A DNA stretch of 64,000 bases from Octopus sinensis (Eukaryota). Below the pieces are notes generated by a model. That model did no database searches. It saw only the letters and a list, made by a program, of their open reading frames with translations, and was not told where the DNA came from. The stretch spans positions 13,681,579-13,745,578 of the forward strand of contig NC_043026.1 in NCBI RefSeq assembly GCF_006345805.1. Reading direction: 5' to 3'. Position numbers and translations under genes: made by a program. Below, one piece after another: positions 27,200-40,560 of the stretch. Within the stretch, counting starts at the first letter, position 1. Each line of letters opens with the position of its first letter.

Positions 27200-28220
27200 T
27201 AGTTATCGCTGTTGAACCCTAGGTCTGCTCTGATCCAGACGTTTCAGCTGTTACCTTCCTTTATTCAGGCAAAGTCTACCTAAGCCTACATTACTCAATG
27301 TATCCTTCCTTGTTCTTGTTGCTTTGCTCCAGAGGTGACCATCATGTCATTTATGTAGACATAATGTATCTAGGACTACACTATCCATTGTGTCCTTCCT
27401 AGCTCTTGTGGTTTAACCCTAGGTTGGCTCTGTTCCAGCTCATGATCATCCTGGCTTCTATTGAAATGGATTGTGTCTCTGACTGCATTATTTAATGTGC
27501 CATTCCTAGTTTTTGGTCCAGAGGTGACCATCCTGTCATATAGTTTAACATAGTGTATCTAGGACTACATTATCTAATGTGTCATTCCTAGTTCTTGTTT
27601 AGCCACAGGTCAGTCCTGATCCAGCAGACCTATGATCAAAGATATTCCAGCTGTGACCATCCTGTCTTTTATTATTCAGGCATAGTGTATCTAGGAGTAC
27701 ATTAGCTAATGTGTCCTTCCTTGTTGTTGTTTAGCCACAGGTCGGTCCTGATCCAGTAGACCTATGATCGAAGACATTCCAGCTATGACCATCCTGTCTT
27801 TTATTATTCATGCATCGTGTATCTAGGAGTACATTATCTAATGTGTCCTTCCTTGTTGTTTAGCCACAGGTCTGTCCTGATCCAGTAGACCTATGATCAA
27901 AGACATTCCAGCTGTGACCATCCTGTCTTTTATTATTCATGCATCGTGTATCTAGGAGTACATTATCTAATGTGTCCTTCCTTGTTGTTGTTTAACCACA
28001 GGTCGGTCCTGATCCAGCCTGCTCCAAAGTACTACTGGAGGTAACTAGCCTGTCGTTTATTCAGACATAGTGTACCTAAGAGTACATCATCTAACGTGTC
28101 CTTCGAGTCTTGTTTAGCCCCAGGTCAGTCTTGATCCAGGTCCAGCATGATCATAAGTGCCACCAGTGGTGACTGTTCTGTCTTCTATTCTGGCAGTGTG
28201 TGTCAGCTGACACCATTCCT
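27200..28220. repeat. ~120-bp diverged tandem repeat
   Basis: Recurrent gtgtatctaggagtacattatctaatgtgtccttcc and gtcctgatccag. Confidence 0.85.
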
Positions 28221-28654
28221 TCCGTCCTTCCTTGCTGCTATTTCTAGCAAGTCAAAGTGACCCTACAGCTGCTGCCTTGTCGATTCCTCGTTAGGAATTT
28301 AGTTAAAACAAACAAATAATAATAATAATAATATTTAGAGTAAAATAGGCAACAGTCAACCTGAATGGCTGTCTGTTTCTCTCCCAAATTGCTGTTGTGG
28401 ACACCAGTCGTTAGTGAACTAATTAACGAGTAACAAGCATTAGTATGGTACACTGGTAGTTCAGTTAGTTACCAGGTCGGGTGTCAATTGGAGTAATTCT
28501 ACACCTCCCCCGCCATCAAAGCTGGCCTTGGTCTTTTTTTTTTTTGTTTTTGTTATTGTTACATGTTTCAGTCATTTGACTGTGGCCATGCTGGGGCACT
28601 TATGCATGTTTCAGTCATTTGACTGCAGTCGTGTTGGGGCACAGCTTTCACATC

Positions 28655-29192
28655 AGCCCCCCACCACTAGGCTCCAGCCATCAGGCCCCCACAACTAGGC
28701 TCCAGCCACCAGACTCCAGCCATCAGGCCCCCACCACTAGGCTCTGGCCAGCAGGTTCCACCACCAGGCTCCAGCCATCAGGCTCTGGCCAGCAGGTATT
28801 ACAACCAGGCTCCAGTCATCAGGCCCCCACAACAAGGCTCCAGCCAGCAGGTCCCTCCACAAGGCTCCAGCCATCAGGCCCCATCCACCGGCTCCAGCCA
28901 TCAGGCCCCCACCACCAGGCTCCAGCCATCAGGCTCTGGCCAGCAGGTATTACAACCAGGCTCCAGTCATCAGGGCCCCACAACAAGGCTCCAGCCAGCA
29001 GGTCCCTCCACAAGGCTCCAGCCATCAGGCCCCATCCACCGGCTCCAGCCATCAGGTTCTGGCCAGCAGGTATCACTACCAGCTCCCAACCATCAAACCC
29101 CAACCACCAGGCCCCAACAGCAGGTTCCAGCCGCCAGGCTCCGACCATCAGGCCTCATCACCAGGCTCCAGCCATCAGGCCCCCAACCACCA
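28655..29192. repeat. GC-rich minisatellite (aggctccagccatcaggccccca...) with higher-order duplication
   Basis: Seen directly. Confidence 0.9.
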
Positions 29193-30637
29193 GTCTGTGG
29201 ACCATTTCATACTTGGTGATGCAGAAAGAATATAAAAAAGGTTGACGGGGCGGCGGGGACTGCTGCCACTGTTCCAGTTCGTTTCTACTTCCGTATCACT
29301 TTCTCCTCATCATTCATCATTCTCATCTCATCATTCGCCCCCATTTGTGACACCCCTGAAAAGACACCTCAGTTTGGTGCTGAACATAATTAGGGTGTCC
29401 ACCCCACTCTACCATCTATCTCTCTCTTGAAAGAAGGGAGTGTGCAGCATGGAATTTCAAAAGCTCAGGTAGTATATATATATACATCTACATTGCTCTT
29501 ATATTTCATATGTATATAAAATATATATATGTGTATATATATATATATCTTAAGTGCTTATTTGATTGCATTGGAAAAAAAAAGCTTTTATCAAGCAACA
29601 ACATTTTGCCAACAAAATCATAATAATGATAATAATAATAATAATAATAATAATAATTTGCAAATGAAAAACGATGTGGTAAAATAAATAAAAATTTGCA
29701 AAATCCTAAAACCCTCAAAACGGATAAACATATATTTATGCAAATATATGTAATATATTATTATGTTTAATGTGTGTAATGATTAAATGAAACAGCATGT
29801 GGCATAAGAAAAATTTGAAGAGAAAAAAAAAAGAGAATCGAAAAACTTGCTCAAGGCAAGATTCTCATGCTGAGTGGCCTCAACACAACATACACTTTGT
29901 ATTTTTTGCCCTGCATAATTTTTGCTCACGATATTTCTGCTGCTGTTTCCACAACTCCACCCCTGCCTTGCCCCGCCCTTCTCTTCTCTTCTCTCTCTGA
30001 TCCCCATCATTGATGTCTGTCTTAGCTGCAGTGGCCCAGCACAGTTGTGGAACAGTACAGCATCCCCTCATCATCATCATCTTCATCGTCATCTTCATCT
30101 GACCACCTCTTGTAAGACAAAGGTGCAGGCACTTGTTTATCTTCCAAGTGCTCTCTCTCTCCCTCTGTCTCTCTCCGTCTGTCTCTCTCCCTCTGTCTCT
30201 CTCCGTCTCTCTCCCTCTGTCTCTCTCTTTCTCTGCTTTTTGGTCCCTTTTATTCGATCTGGTGTATGTCTCGTTTTTTGTTTGGACTTCAATTGTATTC
30301 CCCCAATAACTGGCTTTATTTACTGGGTCATGGGTCAAGTTTCATCTCAGGTGCTTTCAATTTTGCATCCTTGCTTTGAATCCCCACATTCACTCTTTCC
30401 TCCTTCCCCGCTCTCTCTCTTTCCATTTTCATTTACAATAGAGTGTCTGCTTTTTTATGGACTTATCAGGGTTCACCATTCTGTACCCTTACTTAATCCA
30501 CTTCTATTTGCACATCCACTTCTGCTCCTTCTCTCTCTCTCTGTCACACAGTGTGTGTGTATGTGTTTACATATATAGATGTATATATATATATATACAT
30601 ACATGTGTATATATATATACATGTGTTTATATATATA

Positions 30638-31026
30638 CTAGCAGTATCGCCTGGCGTTGCTCGGGTTTGTTTCGACCCGCTGGAATTGAAATTTTTGAAA
30701 AGTAAAAATTTTGCATTATGTAGCTTGTTATTCTCTTCAAGTGAACATTTTTCTGGTTGAAATACACCAAAAAGTGGCGACACAGCAGTGAAAAAAATCG
30801 TAAAAAATAGGGATTTTCATAGAAAAAAAGTACCTTTTTGATGTAAATAATTTTTGGTGTTAACATGGTCCGATTTGAATTTTATCTTCTACGGAAGGAA
30901 GATCAACCCTTCTATCATACTCTCAATTTTGGTCAACCTGTGCCACAGGGTCTCGGAGGAGATAGTGTTAATTGAAGGCTACCAAACCTGGCGCACACAG
31001 ACAACTTCAGCTTTATATAGAGAGAG
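30638..31026 (-). mobile_element. Non-autonomous Helitron
   Basis: Minus strand tctctatataaagctgaagttg... to cccgagcaacgccaggcgatactgCTAG|T; termini shared with 3238-3735. Confidence 0.78.
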
Positions 31027-31512
31027 ATAACACACACACATCTATGTATGTATGTATGTATATATGTACATCTGTCCACTTCTTGCCATATTTTTATCCT
31101 TCACTTCCTACACACTCTCACACACAGACACACACACACCTTAGCTTACTATTTTCTCTCAACAATTGACACTGTCATATATGTATATGTTTGCGTGTCT
31201 ATGTGTGTAAAGAGAAAGTGGGAGAAAGTGTGGTAATAGGCGGAGTAAAGCCTTTGAAGTGAGAGAGGGAAATCGTAAAATATTGAGTTTTTTCCAAATT
31301 TTTGCTTAATTGGGGGTCAAATTGAAAGAAAGTTATATGCCATGACTGAATCAAATCTACTTCGAAAAATCATAGGTAAATTCTAATTGAAGAAATTCTA
31401 TATCGTAGAATTGTTTTAAAAAGGAACATGGGAACAGGCAGAGAAAATCTGCCTTTTATCATAAGAGATATATATACATGTGTATATATATATACATACA
31501 TGTGTATATATA

Positions 31513-31557
<45 letters not shown>

Positions 31558-31600
31558 ATATATATTTAAAAAAGGAGATGTGGAACACGAGTTGTGATAG

Positions 31601-31907
31601 ATAAAAAAAGGAAATGAAGAAAATGCTGACAAAATAATTTAAGTAAGGGAGAGTGTATTTAATTAGGTGAAAGTTCTTTTTACCGGTTGCGCATTTGTTA
31701 TGCTTATCAAAAGATATTTTTTTAAGTGAGATAGAGTTCCTTTCTGATAGATTTTTTTATCAGAAAGGAACTCTATCTCACTTAAAAAAATATCTTTTTG
31801 ATAAGCATAACAAATGCGCAACCGGTAAAAAGAACTTTCACCTAATTAAATACACTCTCCCTTACTTAAATTATTTTGTCAGCTTTTTCTTCATTTCCTT
31901 TTTTTAT
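31601..31907. repeat. Near-perfect palindrome, ~149-bp arms, 8-nt loop
   Basis: 31601-31749 is the reverse complement of 31758-31907 with only a couple of differences. Confidence 0.95.
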
Positions 31908-32271
31908 ATATATATAGATATGTGCATATATTTATGTTTGTGTGTATGTCTACATGTATGTGTGTATATGTATATGCACACAATCACAAATCTGAAACAC
32001 TAATCACGCATCAACATACCCCCAAAGTGCTCATTCTTTCTGTTCGTTTCTTCTTTCACCCAACCCACCCCTCACCTTTTTCCTTTTCTATGTCGCATCT
32101 TATTTACTTTGTCTTATTCTCCTAACTATTTTGAGATACGACCTGAGCGTTTCGTTGGTTTTATTATCACAGACTTACCTAGATATGTTTCAGGGAAATT
32201 TATACAAGTTATGTTGTATCCATAGATAGATTTGTGGGGCTTCTAGTGACTCCCTGTTAATCGTCCAATGT

Positions 32272-32912
32272 ATAGCAGCACTTGGCCCTTCAGCACATAG
32301 CAGCCCAGTTGGTCCTTCAGTATATAACTACCTCAGTTGGTATTTCAGCATATAACAACCCCAGTTTGTCCTTCAGCATAGAGCAGCCCCAGTTGGTCCT
32401 TCAGCATATAGCAACCCCAATCAGTTCTTCAGCATATAGCAGTCCCAGTTGGTCCTTCAGCATATAGCAGCCCCATTTGGTCCTTCAGCATATAGCAACC
32501 CAATCAGTTCTTCAGCATATAGCAACCCCAATTGGTCCTTCAGCATATAGCAACCCCAATTGGTCCTTCAGCATATAGCAACCCAATCTGCTCTTCAGCA
32601 TATAGCAACCCCAATTGGTCCTTCAGCATATAGCAACCCCAATTGGTCCTTCAGCATATAGCAACCCCAATTGGTCCTTCAGCATATAGCAACCCAATCA
32701 GTTCTTCAGCATGTAGCAAACCCAATTGATCCTTCGGTGCATAGCAACCCCAATCGGTCCTTCAGCATATAGCAACCCAATCAGTTCTTCAGCGTATAGC
32801 AGCCCCAGTTGGTCCTTCAGCATATAGCAACCCAATCAGTTCTTCAGCATATAGCAACCCCAGTTGGTCTTTCAGCATACAGTAACCCCTGTCAGCCCTA
32901 AGCATATAGCAC
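32272..32912. repeat. ~28-bp minisatellite (cagcatatagcaaccccaattggtcctt)n
   Basis: Seen directly. Confidence 0.93.
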
Positions 32913-34268
32913 ACCTAGTAATCTCAGTTGGTCTGAGCAGTTCCCAAAACTCTGTTGGTCCTTCAATATAACAACCTTTCGTTGCTCCAGAGTATACCAA
33001 ATTACCATAACCAATACTGATTTATTTCTGGTAATTCTACAGTGGCAAGCTAGCGGAATCATTACCATACTGGAAAAAAATGCTCAGAAGCATTTCTCTG
33101 GCTCCTATGTTCTTAAGTTCAAATGCCACCGTGGTCAACTTTTGCTTTTCATCCTGGGGTCAATGTAATCAACTTTTGCTTTTCATCCTGGGGTCAATGT
33201 AATCAACTTTCCCCTTAAATTTGAAGCCTTTTTGCTTATAATAGAATTATTAATGCTAAATCTTATTTAATTTTCGTAAAGTATACTAGCCATCTCAATA
33301 TAGCTAACCACTAAGGGTGGGTGTTACTGTAGCTTGTAGCCCCAAGAGATCATCGTCTCTAGCTGGCTTTAGGCACACTTTCTGTGCACTTATGGTATTT
33401 GCAAAGGGAGGTCATTCCTATCTCGTCAACCTAAGTGATACGCTCGAACTGTAGTTTCGAGGTTGTTGCCTCTTGTCAACGTACGGCAATCACCGGTTTT
33501 ACATCTCGTTCAGAGATTTATTATTGCTTATTTTATTTTATTTTGAGAAAACTTCGAAGCCATTCAATCTCTTTCTTTCTTGCTGTTATCATCATCCCAT
33601 CATCGCATCATCATCATCACTACTTTCATTTCTCTTGTCATCATTATAATCCTTGTCATTATCATCAGTTCTTTTACTCTCCCTCATCAGCTCCTTAATC
33701 ATCATTTCTCCGACATCGTCGTCACATCACTTTGTTGAGACGAAAGGATTTTTTCTTCTTTTTTTCCTTCTTGTTTGAAACTAATTGAAACGAGCAAAAA
33801 AAAAAAACCCCAAAAAAAAGACAAAGTGAAAAACACAACCATCATGACGATTGATATGATTAATAATAATAATAATAATAATATTAATAATAATGTTGGC
33901 AAAATAAGCATATGAAATATATAAATATATATTTGCAAATACATAAGGGCAAAATGAAAAATATTAAAGAAAATAAACAAAGGCCTAAGTTTATGATTAT
34001 TTTGGGCTCATGTAATATGTTGTTGTGATTTTATGGTTGTGTGTGCCACAAGCCACATTTAACGACCACAATGTGTCGCCGTGGCTCTCCTTTCCCCCTC
34101 TCTCTTTTTCTCTCACTCTCCGCTCCCCCTTTCTCTCTCTCTCTTTCTGTTACTCCCCCGGCCCCATGCCCCGATCCCTTGCCGTGGCCCCGTGCCCCCC
34201 TCTCCGTCCCCCCCTCAGTTCGTAAGTGATGAATATACTTTACCGCCCTCCTTTCCCCCCACATGAAG

Positions 34269-34422
34269 CTTCACGAACATACAGAAGAGTCGTCCACCCG
34301 TGACGGTCCAGAACATTCGTGCCAAGATGGCGGCACAGCAGCAGGCGTCGGTGCGGAACCGTAGGCTAGCCCAGCAGATGGCTAACCGACCGAGCGTGAT
34401 CGCGGCCCTGAAGATCAAGAGG
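34269..34422 (+). CDS. CHTOP: CHTOP coding exon 2 ([52 protein letters not shown])
   Basis: Acceptor gaag|C completes the CG-C Arg codon; donor AGG|gtaaga. Matches CHTOP 'FTN...NIRA...[23 protein letters not shown]'. Confidence 0.95.
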
Positions 34423-34504
34423 GTAAGACTGCATTTTTTCATCTCCTTTGGCTCTGTCTTACTGGCTATCTACCCCTGTTTGTCTGTGTCTATCTTTTAT
34501 CCTC

Positions 34505-35052
34505 TTGTCTGTTTGTCTATCCATCTGTCTATCTGTGTTTATCTCTCTATTTATCCGTCTGTCTATCTGTCCATCTGTCTATCTATCTATCTATCCATCT
34601 GTCTATCTATCTATCCATCTGTCTGTCTGTCTATCTATCCTTCTATCTATCTGTCTGTCTATCCATCTGTCTGTCTGTCTATCTATCTATCCATCTATCC
34701 GTCTGTCTATCTATCCATCTGTCTATCTATCTGTCTGTCTATCTATCTGTCTGTCTATCTATCTGTCCGTCTATCTATCTGTCCATCTGTCTATCTATCT
34801 GTCTGTCTGTCTATCTATCTATCCATCTGTCTATCTATCTATCCATCTGTCTATCTATCTATCCATCTGTCTATCCGTCTGTCTATCTATTTGTCTGTCT
34901 ATCTATCCATCTGTCTATCTATCCATCTGTCTATCTATCTATCTATCCATCCATCCGTCTGTCTATCTATTTGTCTGTCTATCTATCCATCTGTCTATCT
35001 ATCCATCTATCTATCTATCCATCCATCCGTCCGTCTGTCTATCTGTCTGTCT
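34505..35052. repeat. (TCTA/TCTG/TCCA)n microsatellite
   Basis: Seen directly. Confidence 0.95.
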
Positions 35053-36529
35053 CTTGTGTCTATCCCCTTCCCTCTTCATCTTTCTATCTGTCTTTCCCCT
35101 CCCCTCATGTAGACATTATTTGTTATACAACAGTGAATATGTGAAACCTTAGCCAAACCTGTATGGAAGAACACCTCTACTGTGGTGCTCAGTGGGGTGT
35201 GTATGTGTATGCTTGGTAGTCATTCTGTATGTCTTAGAGTTAGTGCTTATGTGTGTTAGTCGGTCGGGGCGTGTCTGTATGCGTGTGTCTGCTTACGACT
35301 GTGCATGTGCCTCAGTTAATGTGTGTGTGTATGTATGTATGTATGTGTGTGTGTGTGTCTATGCATCACTGCATGTGCCTCAGTTAATGTGTGTGTGTGT
35401 GTGTGTATCAGTTTTGTCAGAGGTGATACAATGAATGAAACCCCACCGGCCCTATAACCCTTTAGCATTCAGATTACCTTTCCAAATGTAACCCTTATTT
35501 ATTCACACTGTTAAACATATTGCTTATTCGTTCACATTATTTCGAATTAATCATGCATTATCTCATAGCTTTGAGATTTCGATGATGTGATTGCAGATTT
35601 GGCACGTAAAAAGCACCATCCGACCGTGGCCGTTTGCCGGCCTCGCTTGGCCCCATCGTGCTGGTGGCATGTAAAAAGCACCATCCGACCATGGCCGTTT
35701 GCCAGCCCTGTCTGGCCCCCGTGCTGGTGGCATGTAAAAAGCACCATCCGACCATGGCCGTTTGCCAGCCTCGCTTGGCCCCCGTGCTGGTGGCATGTAA
35801 AAAGCACCATCCGACCATGGCCGTTTGCCAGCCCCGTCTGGCACCTGTGCCGGTGGCACGTAAAAAGCACCCACTACACTCACGGAGTGGTTGGCGTTAG
35901 GAAGGGCATCCAGCTGTAGAAACACTGCCAGATCAGACTGGAGTCTGGTGCAGCCTTCTGGCTCCCCAGACCCCAGTTGAACCGTCCAACCCATGCTAGC
36001 ATGGATAACGGACGTTAAACGATGATGATGATTGTTGAGTAGGTGTGAGAAGCTAGATCTGGCCACTTTGAGCATAAAGCAGGTAGAATATTTTGGCTGA
36101 ATATGGTTGCTATAACCCTTTCAGCATTGTTTTGAATTAATCATGCATTATCTTATAGCTCTGAGATTTCAATGAGGCAACTGTTAGTTTTTGATTGACA
36201 TTGAAGGGTAGGTGTGAGAGGCCAGGTCTGGTCAGTGGAATACTGTGGCCGGATATGGCTGGTTTAAATGTTAAAGAGTTAATAGGTGCAGGAGTGACTG
36301 TGTGGTAAGTAGCTTGTTTACCAACCACATGGTTCCGGGTTCAGATTTGCTGGATCAGAGCCAACCTAGGGTTAAACCACAAAAGCTAGGAAGGGCACAA
36401 TGGATAGTGTAGTCCTAGATACATTATGTCTAAATAAAGGACATGGGTCACCTCTGGGGCAAAGCAACAAGAACAAGGAAGGATACATTGAGTAATGTAG
36501 GCCTAGGTAGACTTAGTCTGAATAAAGGA

Positions 36530-36935
36530 AGGCGCAGGAGTGGCTGTGTGGTAAGTAGCTTGCTTACCAACCACATTGGTTCCAACGGATTCAGTCCCTT
36601 TGCGCGGCACCTTGGGCAAGTGTCTTCTACTATAGCCTCGGGCCGACCAAAGCCTTGTGAGTGGATTTGGTAGACGGAAACTGAAAGAAGCCCGTCGTAT
36701 ATGTATATATATATATATATGCGTTTGTGTGTCTGTGTTTGTCCCCCTAGCATTGCTTGACAACCGATGCTGGTGTGTTTATGTCCCCGTTACTTAGCGG
36801 TTCGGCAAAAGAGACCGATAGAATAAGTACTGGGCTTACAAAAAAGAATAAGTCCCGGGGTCGAGTTGCTCGACTAAAGGCGGTGCTCCAGCATGGCCGC
36901 AGTCAAATGACTGAAACAAGTAAAAAGTGTAAAGA
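36530..36935 (+). mobile_element. SINE family A
   Basis: Full-length copy. Confidence 0.9.
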
Positions 36936-39900
36936 GAGTGCATTACCTTGTAGCTTCAAGTGATTATTTGGTTTTAGAAGAATATTGTAGGGTAGGTGTG
37001 AGGGGCCAAATCTGGTCTGTGTGAGCATATCACAAGTGGAATACTGTGGCCGGATATGCCTGGTTTAAATGCTAAAGAGTTTATCATACATTACTTTGTA
37101 GCTTCAAGTGAGTGTTTGTTTTTAGAAGACTATTGTAGGGTTGGTGTGAGAGGCTGGATCTGCCCAGTCTTAACATGAAACTGGTAGAATGTTTGGGCCA
37201 TTTCTATGGCTGTTTCAAATGCTAAAGGGTTAAAAACTTATGGGAAAGGAATTTCAGGGTTGCATATTTAGAGAGGAAGGACTAGTTTGAGTGGGAATGT
37301 GTGTTTTTAGTGTATGATGCAGCGGGAGGAGGTGTGACTCAATGAGGAGCCAAGGTGTGGCAATTATGGCCCGTGGGGGAGGGCGCTGTGGTGAACATAG
37401 TCGAGGTGAATTTTAGGGGCTACAATAGAAAAAGTATGGTTGTAGTCTTGGGTCAAGTGGGTAAAGAGTTTGCTTCACAATCATGAGGTCCCAGTTTCAA
37501 GTCTGCTGTGGGGCACGTTGAGTAAGTGTCTTTTACCATGGCCTCAGTGTGACCCCCGAGACGTGTCTCGTGTCCCCTTAAACTTCACCCCTACCATCTT
37601 TGATGTCTTGGAATAATTTTTTGGCAGATAAAAAAAAAATTGAAGTCTTCAGTTCTTTTTTATAGTTTCAGCATTTTTATTAATTCTTTGATTAACATTA
37701 ATGACTTTTACTTCTCGTTATGGTTACGATTTCAAGTTGATTAGTAATTATTTTCAGCTCACTACTACCTTGAGTGCAAGGGTACCGCGTGCACTTGAGT
37801 ATATGTTTTCCATGCAGAAGGCACCCCCCAGTAAAAAAAAAACAATTTTCAATATTTGTCACATGTATATATATATATATATATATACATATATACATGT
37901 ATATGTATGTATATGAATACATATATATATATATTCTTTTATTCTTTTACTGGTTTCAGTCATTGGACTACGGCCATGCTGGGGCACCGCCTTCAAGGGT
38001 TTTAGCTGATCATATTGACCCCAGTAACTATCTCAGTCAGGTATTTATTCATAATATGTGTACGTTTACGTCTAGAGTTGCATATGAGAAGAGTACTCAG
38101 TACATGTAGTAGAGTATATATTTTGTGTCAAGTCAACCGTTCATTCACTCCTTGGCTACTCGGAGTATTTATTCTTTTGCATGAAAACTCTCATTCAGGC
38201 TCTGTATGTTTGTATTTATTTATTTATTTATATCTTTTATTCTTTTGTTCCTTTTTTTCACTTGTTTCAGTCATTAGACTGGTGCCATGCTGGAGCACCG
38301 CCTTGAACTTTTAGTCGGACGAATCCACCCCCACCCCCCCAGTACATATTTTTTAAAGCCTGGTACTTATTCTATCGGTTTCTTTTGGAGAACTGCTAAG
38401 TTACGAAGAATGTAACAGACTGTCTAGGGGACACAACTCGACCTTTTTAACTCTCAAAAAAAAATTTACCGTAATTTTTTTTCCATTTTTTGGCTATAAC
38501 TCTCTAAAAATGCTTTATAGTTATTTCCCTTACAAACCCGAGCAACGCCGGGCGATACTGCTAATATACATATATGTATGTATGACTGGCTTCTTTCAGT
38601 TTACCAAGTCCCCTCACAAGGCTTTGGTTGGCCTGAGACAATAGTAGAAGAAACTTGCCCAAGGTGCCACGCAGTGGGACTGAACCCAGAACCATATGGT
38701 TAAGAAGCAAGCTTTTTACAACACAGCCATACCTGCGCCTATATATCATTTCTCTTTTACTTGTCCTTGGACTGCAGCTATGCTGGGGCACTACCTTAAA
38801 GGGTGTGGTCAAAACAAACTGACCCTAGTATTTATTTATTTTTTAAAGTCTGGTACTTGTTCTGTAGGACTTGTTCGCCGAACCACTTAGCTATGGGGAC
38901 ACAGACCAACATCGGCTGTTGAGCAGTGGAAGGAACATTCACACACACACAGCGGGTTTCCATGAAGCACTGGTCAACCTGGAGCCATTATAGAAGGCAC
39001 TTGAGGCTAAGGTGCCATGCAGTGGAACAGAACCCAGAACCACATGGCTGGAAAGCAAGCTTCTGAACCGCACAGCCATACCTGTGCCTATAACGAATAT
39101 TAGTGGAAGCAGTATGATGTAAAAGACATTTTGATATATTTTACAATCCTAAAGTGGCGACATCGGTGTTCAGCATGAGGCTCTCAAGGAAGAAGTAGGG
39201 TGACATGACATCAGGAAGTTTCGTATCCCGGAAACCAGGGCTTGTCTCCCGGTGGTTGGTATGAATAGAGTTAGTTGTATAGAATTTGATATTCTGAATC
39301 TTCTGTTGGTTTATGATGGCATCCCTGTTCACATGATGAGATCATCATCGTTTAACGTCCATTTTCCATGCTAGCTTGGGTTGGCCGATTTTGACTGAGG
39401 GCTGGCGAACCAGATGGTTGCACCAGGCTCCAGTCTTGATCTGGCAGAGTTTCTACAGCTGGATGCCCTTCCTAACGCCAACCACTCCAACAGTATAGTG
39501 GGTGCTTTTTACGTGCCACCAGCACGGGGGCCAGTCAGGCGGTACTGGCAATGACCTCGCTCGAATCTTTTTACATGTGCCAGTGAAGCGGCGTTGGTAA
39601 CGATCATGCTCGAATGGTGCCCTTTTACGTGCCACGGGTACGGAAGCCAGTTGGCTGCTCTGGCAACGATCACGCTCGGATGGTGCTCTTGGCACCCTAC
39701 TATCACAGGTATGAGTGCCAGTAAGGCGACGCTGGTAACGATCATACTCGAATAGCCACTCTGTCAACGATCACACTTGTATGGTGCTCTTTGCAACCCG
39801 CTAGCACAGATGCCAGTCATCGAAATGATTTTGATTTTCATTTCACTTGCCTCAACAGGTCTTCGCAAGCAAAGTTTAGTGACCAAAGAAGGAAAAGGTA

Positions 39901-40127
39901 CGCACAAGCGGGCTGGTTATGCTCGTTGCATAGGCCACAGGTTGTGGTCTCATCTGGTTTGCCAGATCTTCTCAAGCACAGCATATTTCCAAAAGTCTCA
40001 AGATGACGAACACAAAACACTTCCCTTTTTATTTTTGTTCTACTGGCATCTTTGACTGATTATCTAGAATAGATATTGTTAATACTACAACATCAGCATG
40101 AAAGATTAGTTATGACAAAGATTATCT

Positions 40128-40560
40128 TTAACCCTTTAGCATTCACACCGGCCATATCCGGCCAAAATATTTAACCTGTTTTATATTGAAACTGACCAGA
40201 TCTCGCCTCTCACCTCATCCCTACAATGTCAGTCTAAAACTAAAAAATCACATCACTGAAATCTCTAAACTACAAGATAACGCAGGATTAATTCAAGCCA
40301 TTTTAAATAAACAAACATGACATTTGACAGAATAATCTGAACACTAAAGGGTTAACCTTTTCACATTTGAACCAGCCATATCTATCCCAAATAGTCTAGT
40401 TCTTGTATGTTCAAACCAGCCAGATCGGACCTCTCACACCTACCATACAATGTCATTCTAAAATTAACGTCACCTTCAAGTATCAAAGCTATGATATAAT
40501 GCATGATTAATTTCAAAATAATGTGAATAAATAAACATTATATTTAACAGGGATCTTTAT
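40128..40560. mobile_element. piggyBac-type MITE family 2 (ttaaccctttagcatt...ctaaagggttaa), tandem; related pieces at 35455-36280 and 36940-37234
   Basis: TTAA-flanked CCCTTTAG/CTAAAGGG TIRs. Confidence 0.65.

Noticed and set aside
28619-29245. 208-aa Pro/Ser/Gln-rich ORF
   Set aside because: Minisatellite translation with no convincing splice sites or phase fit.
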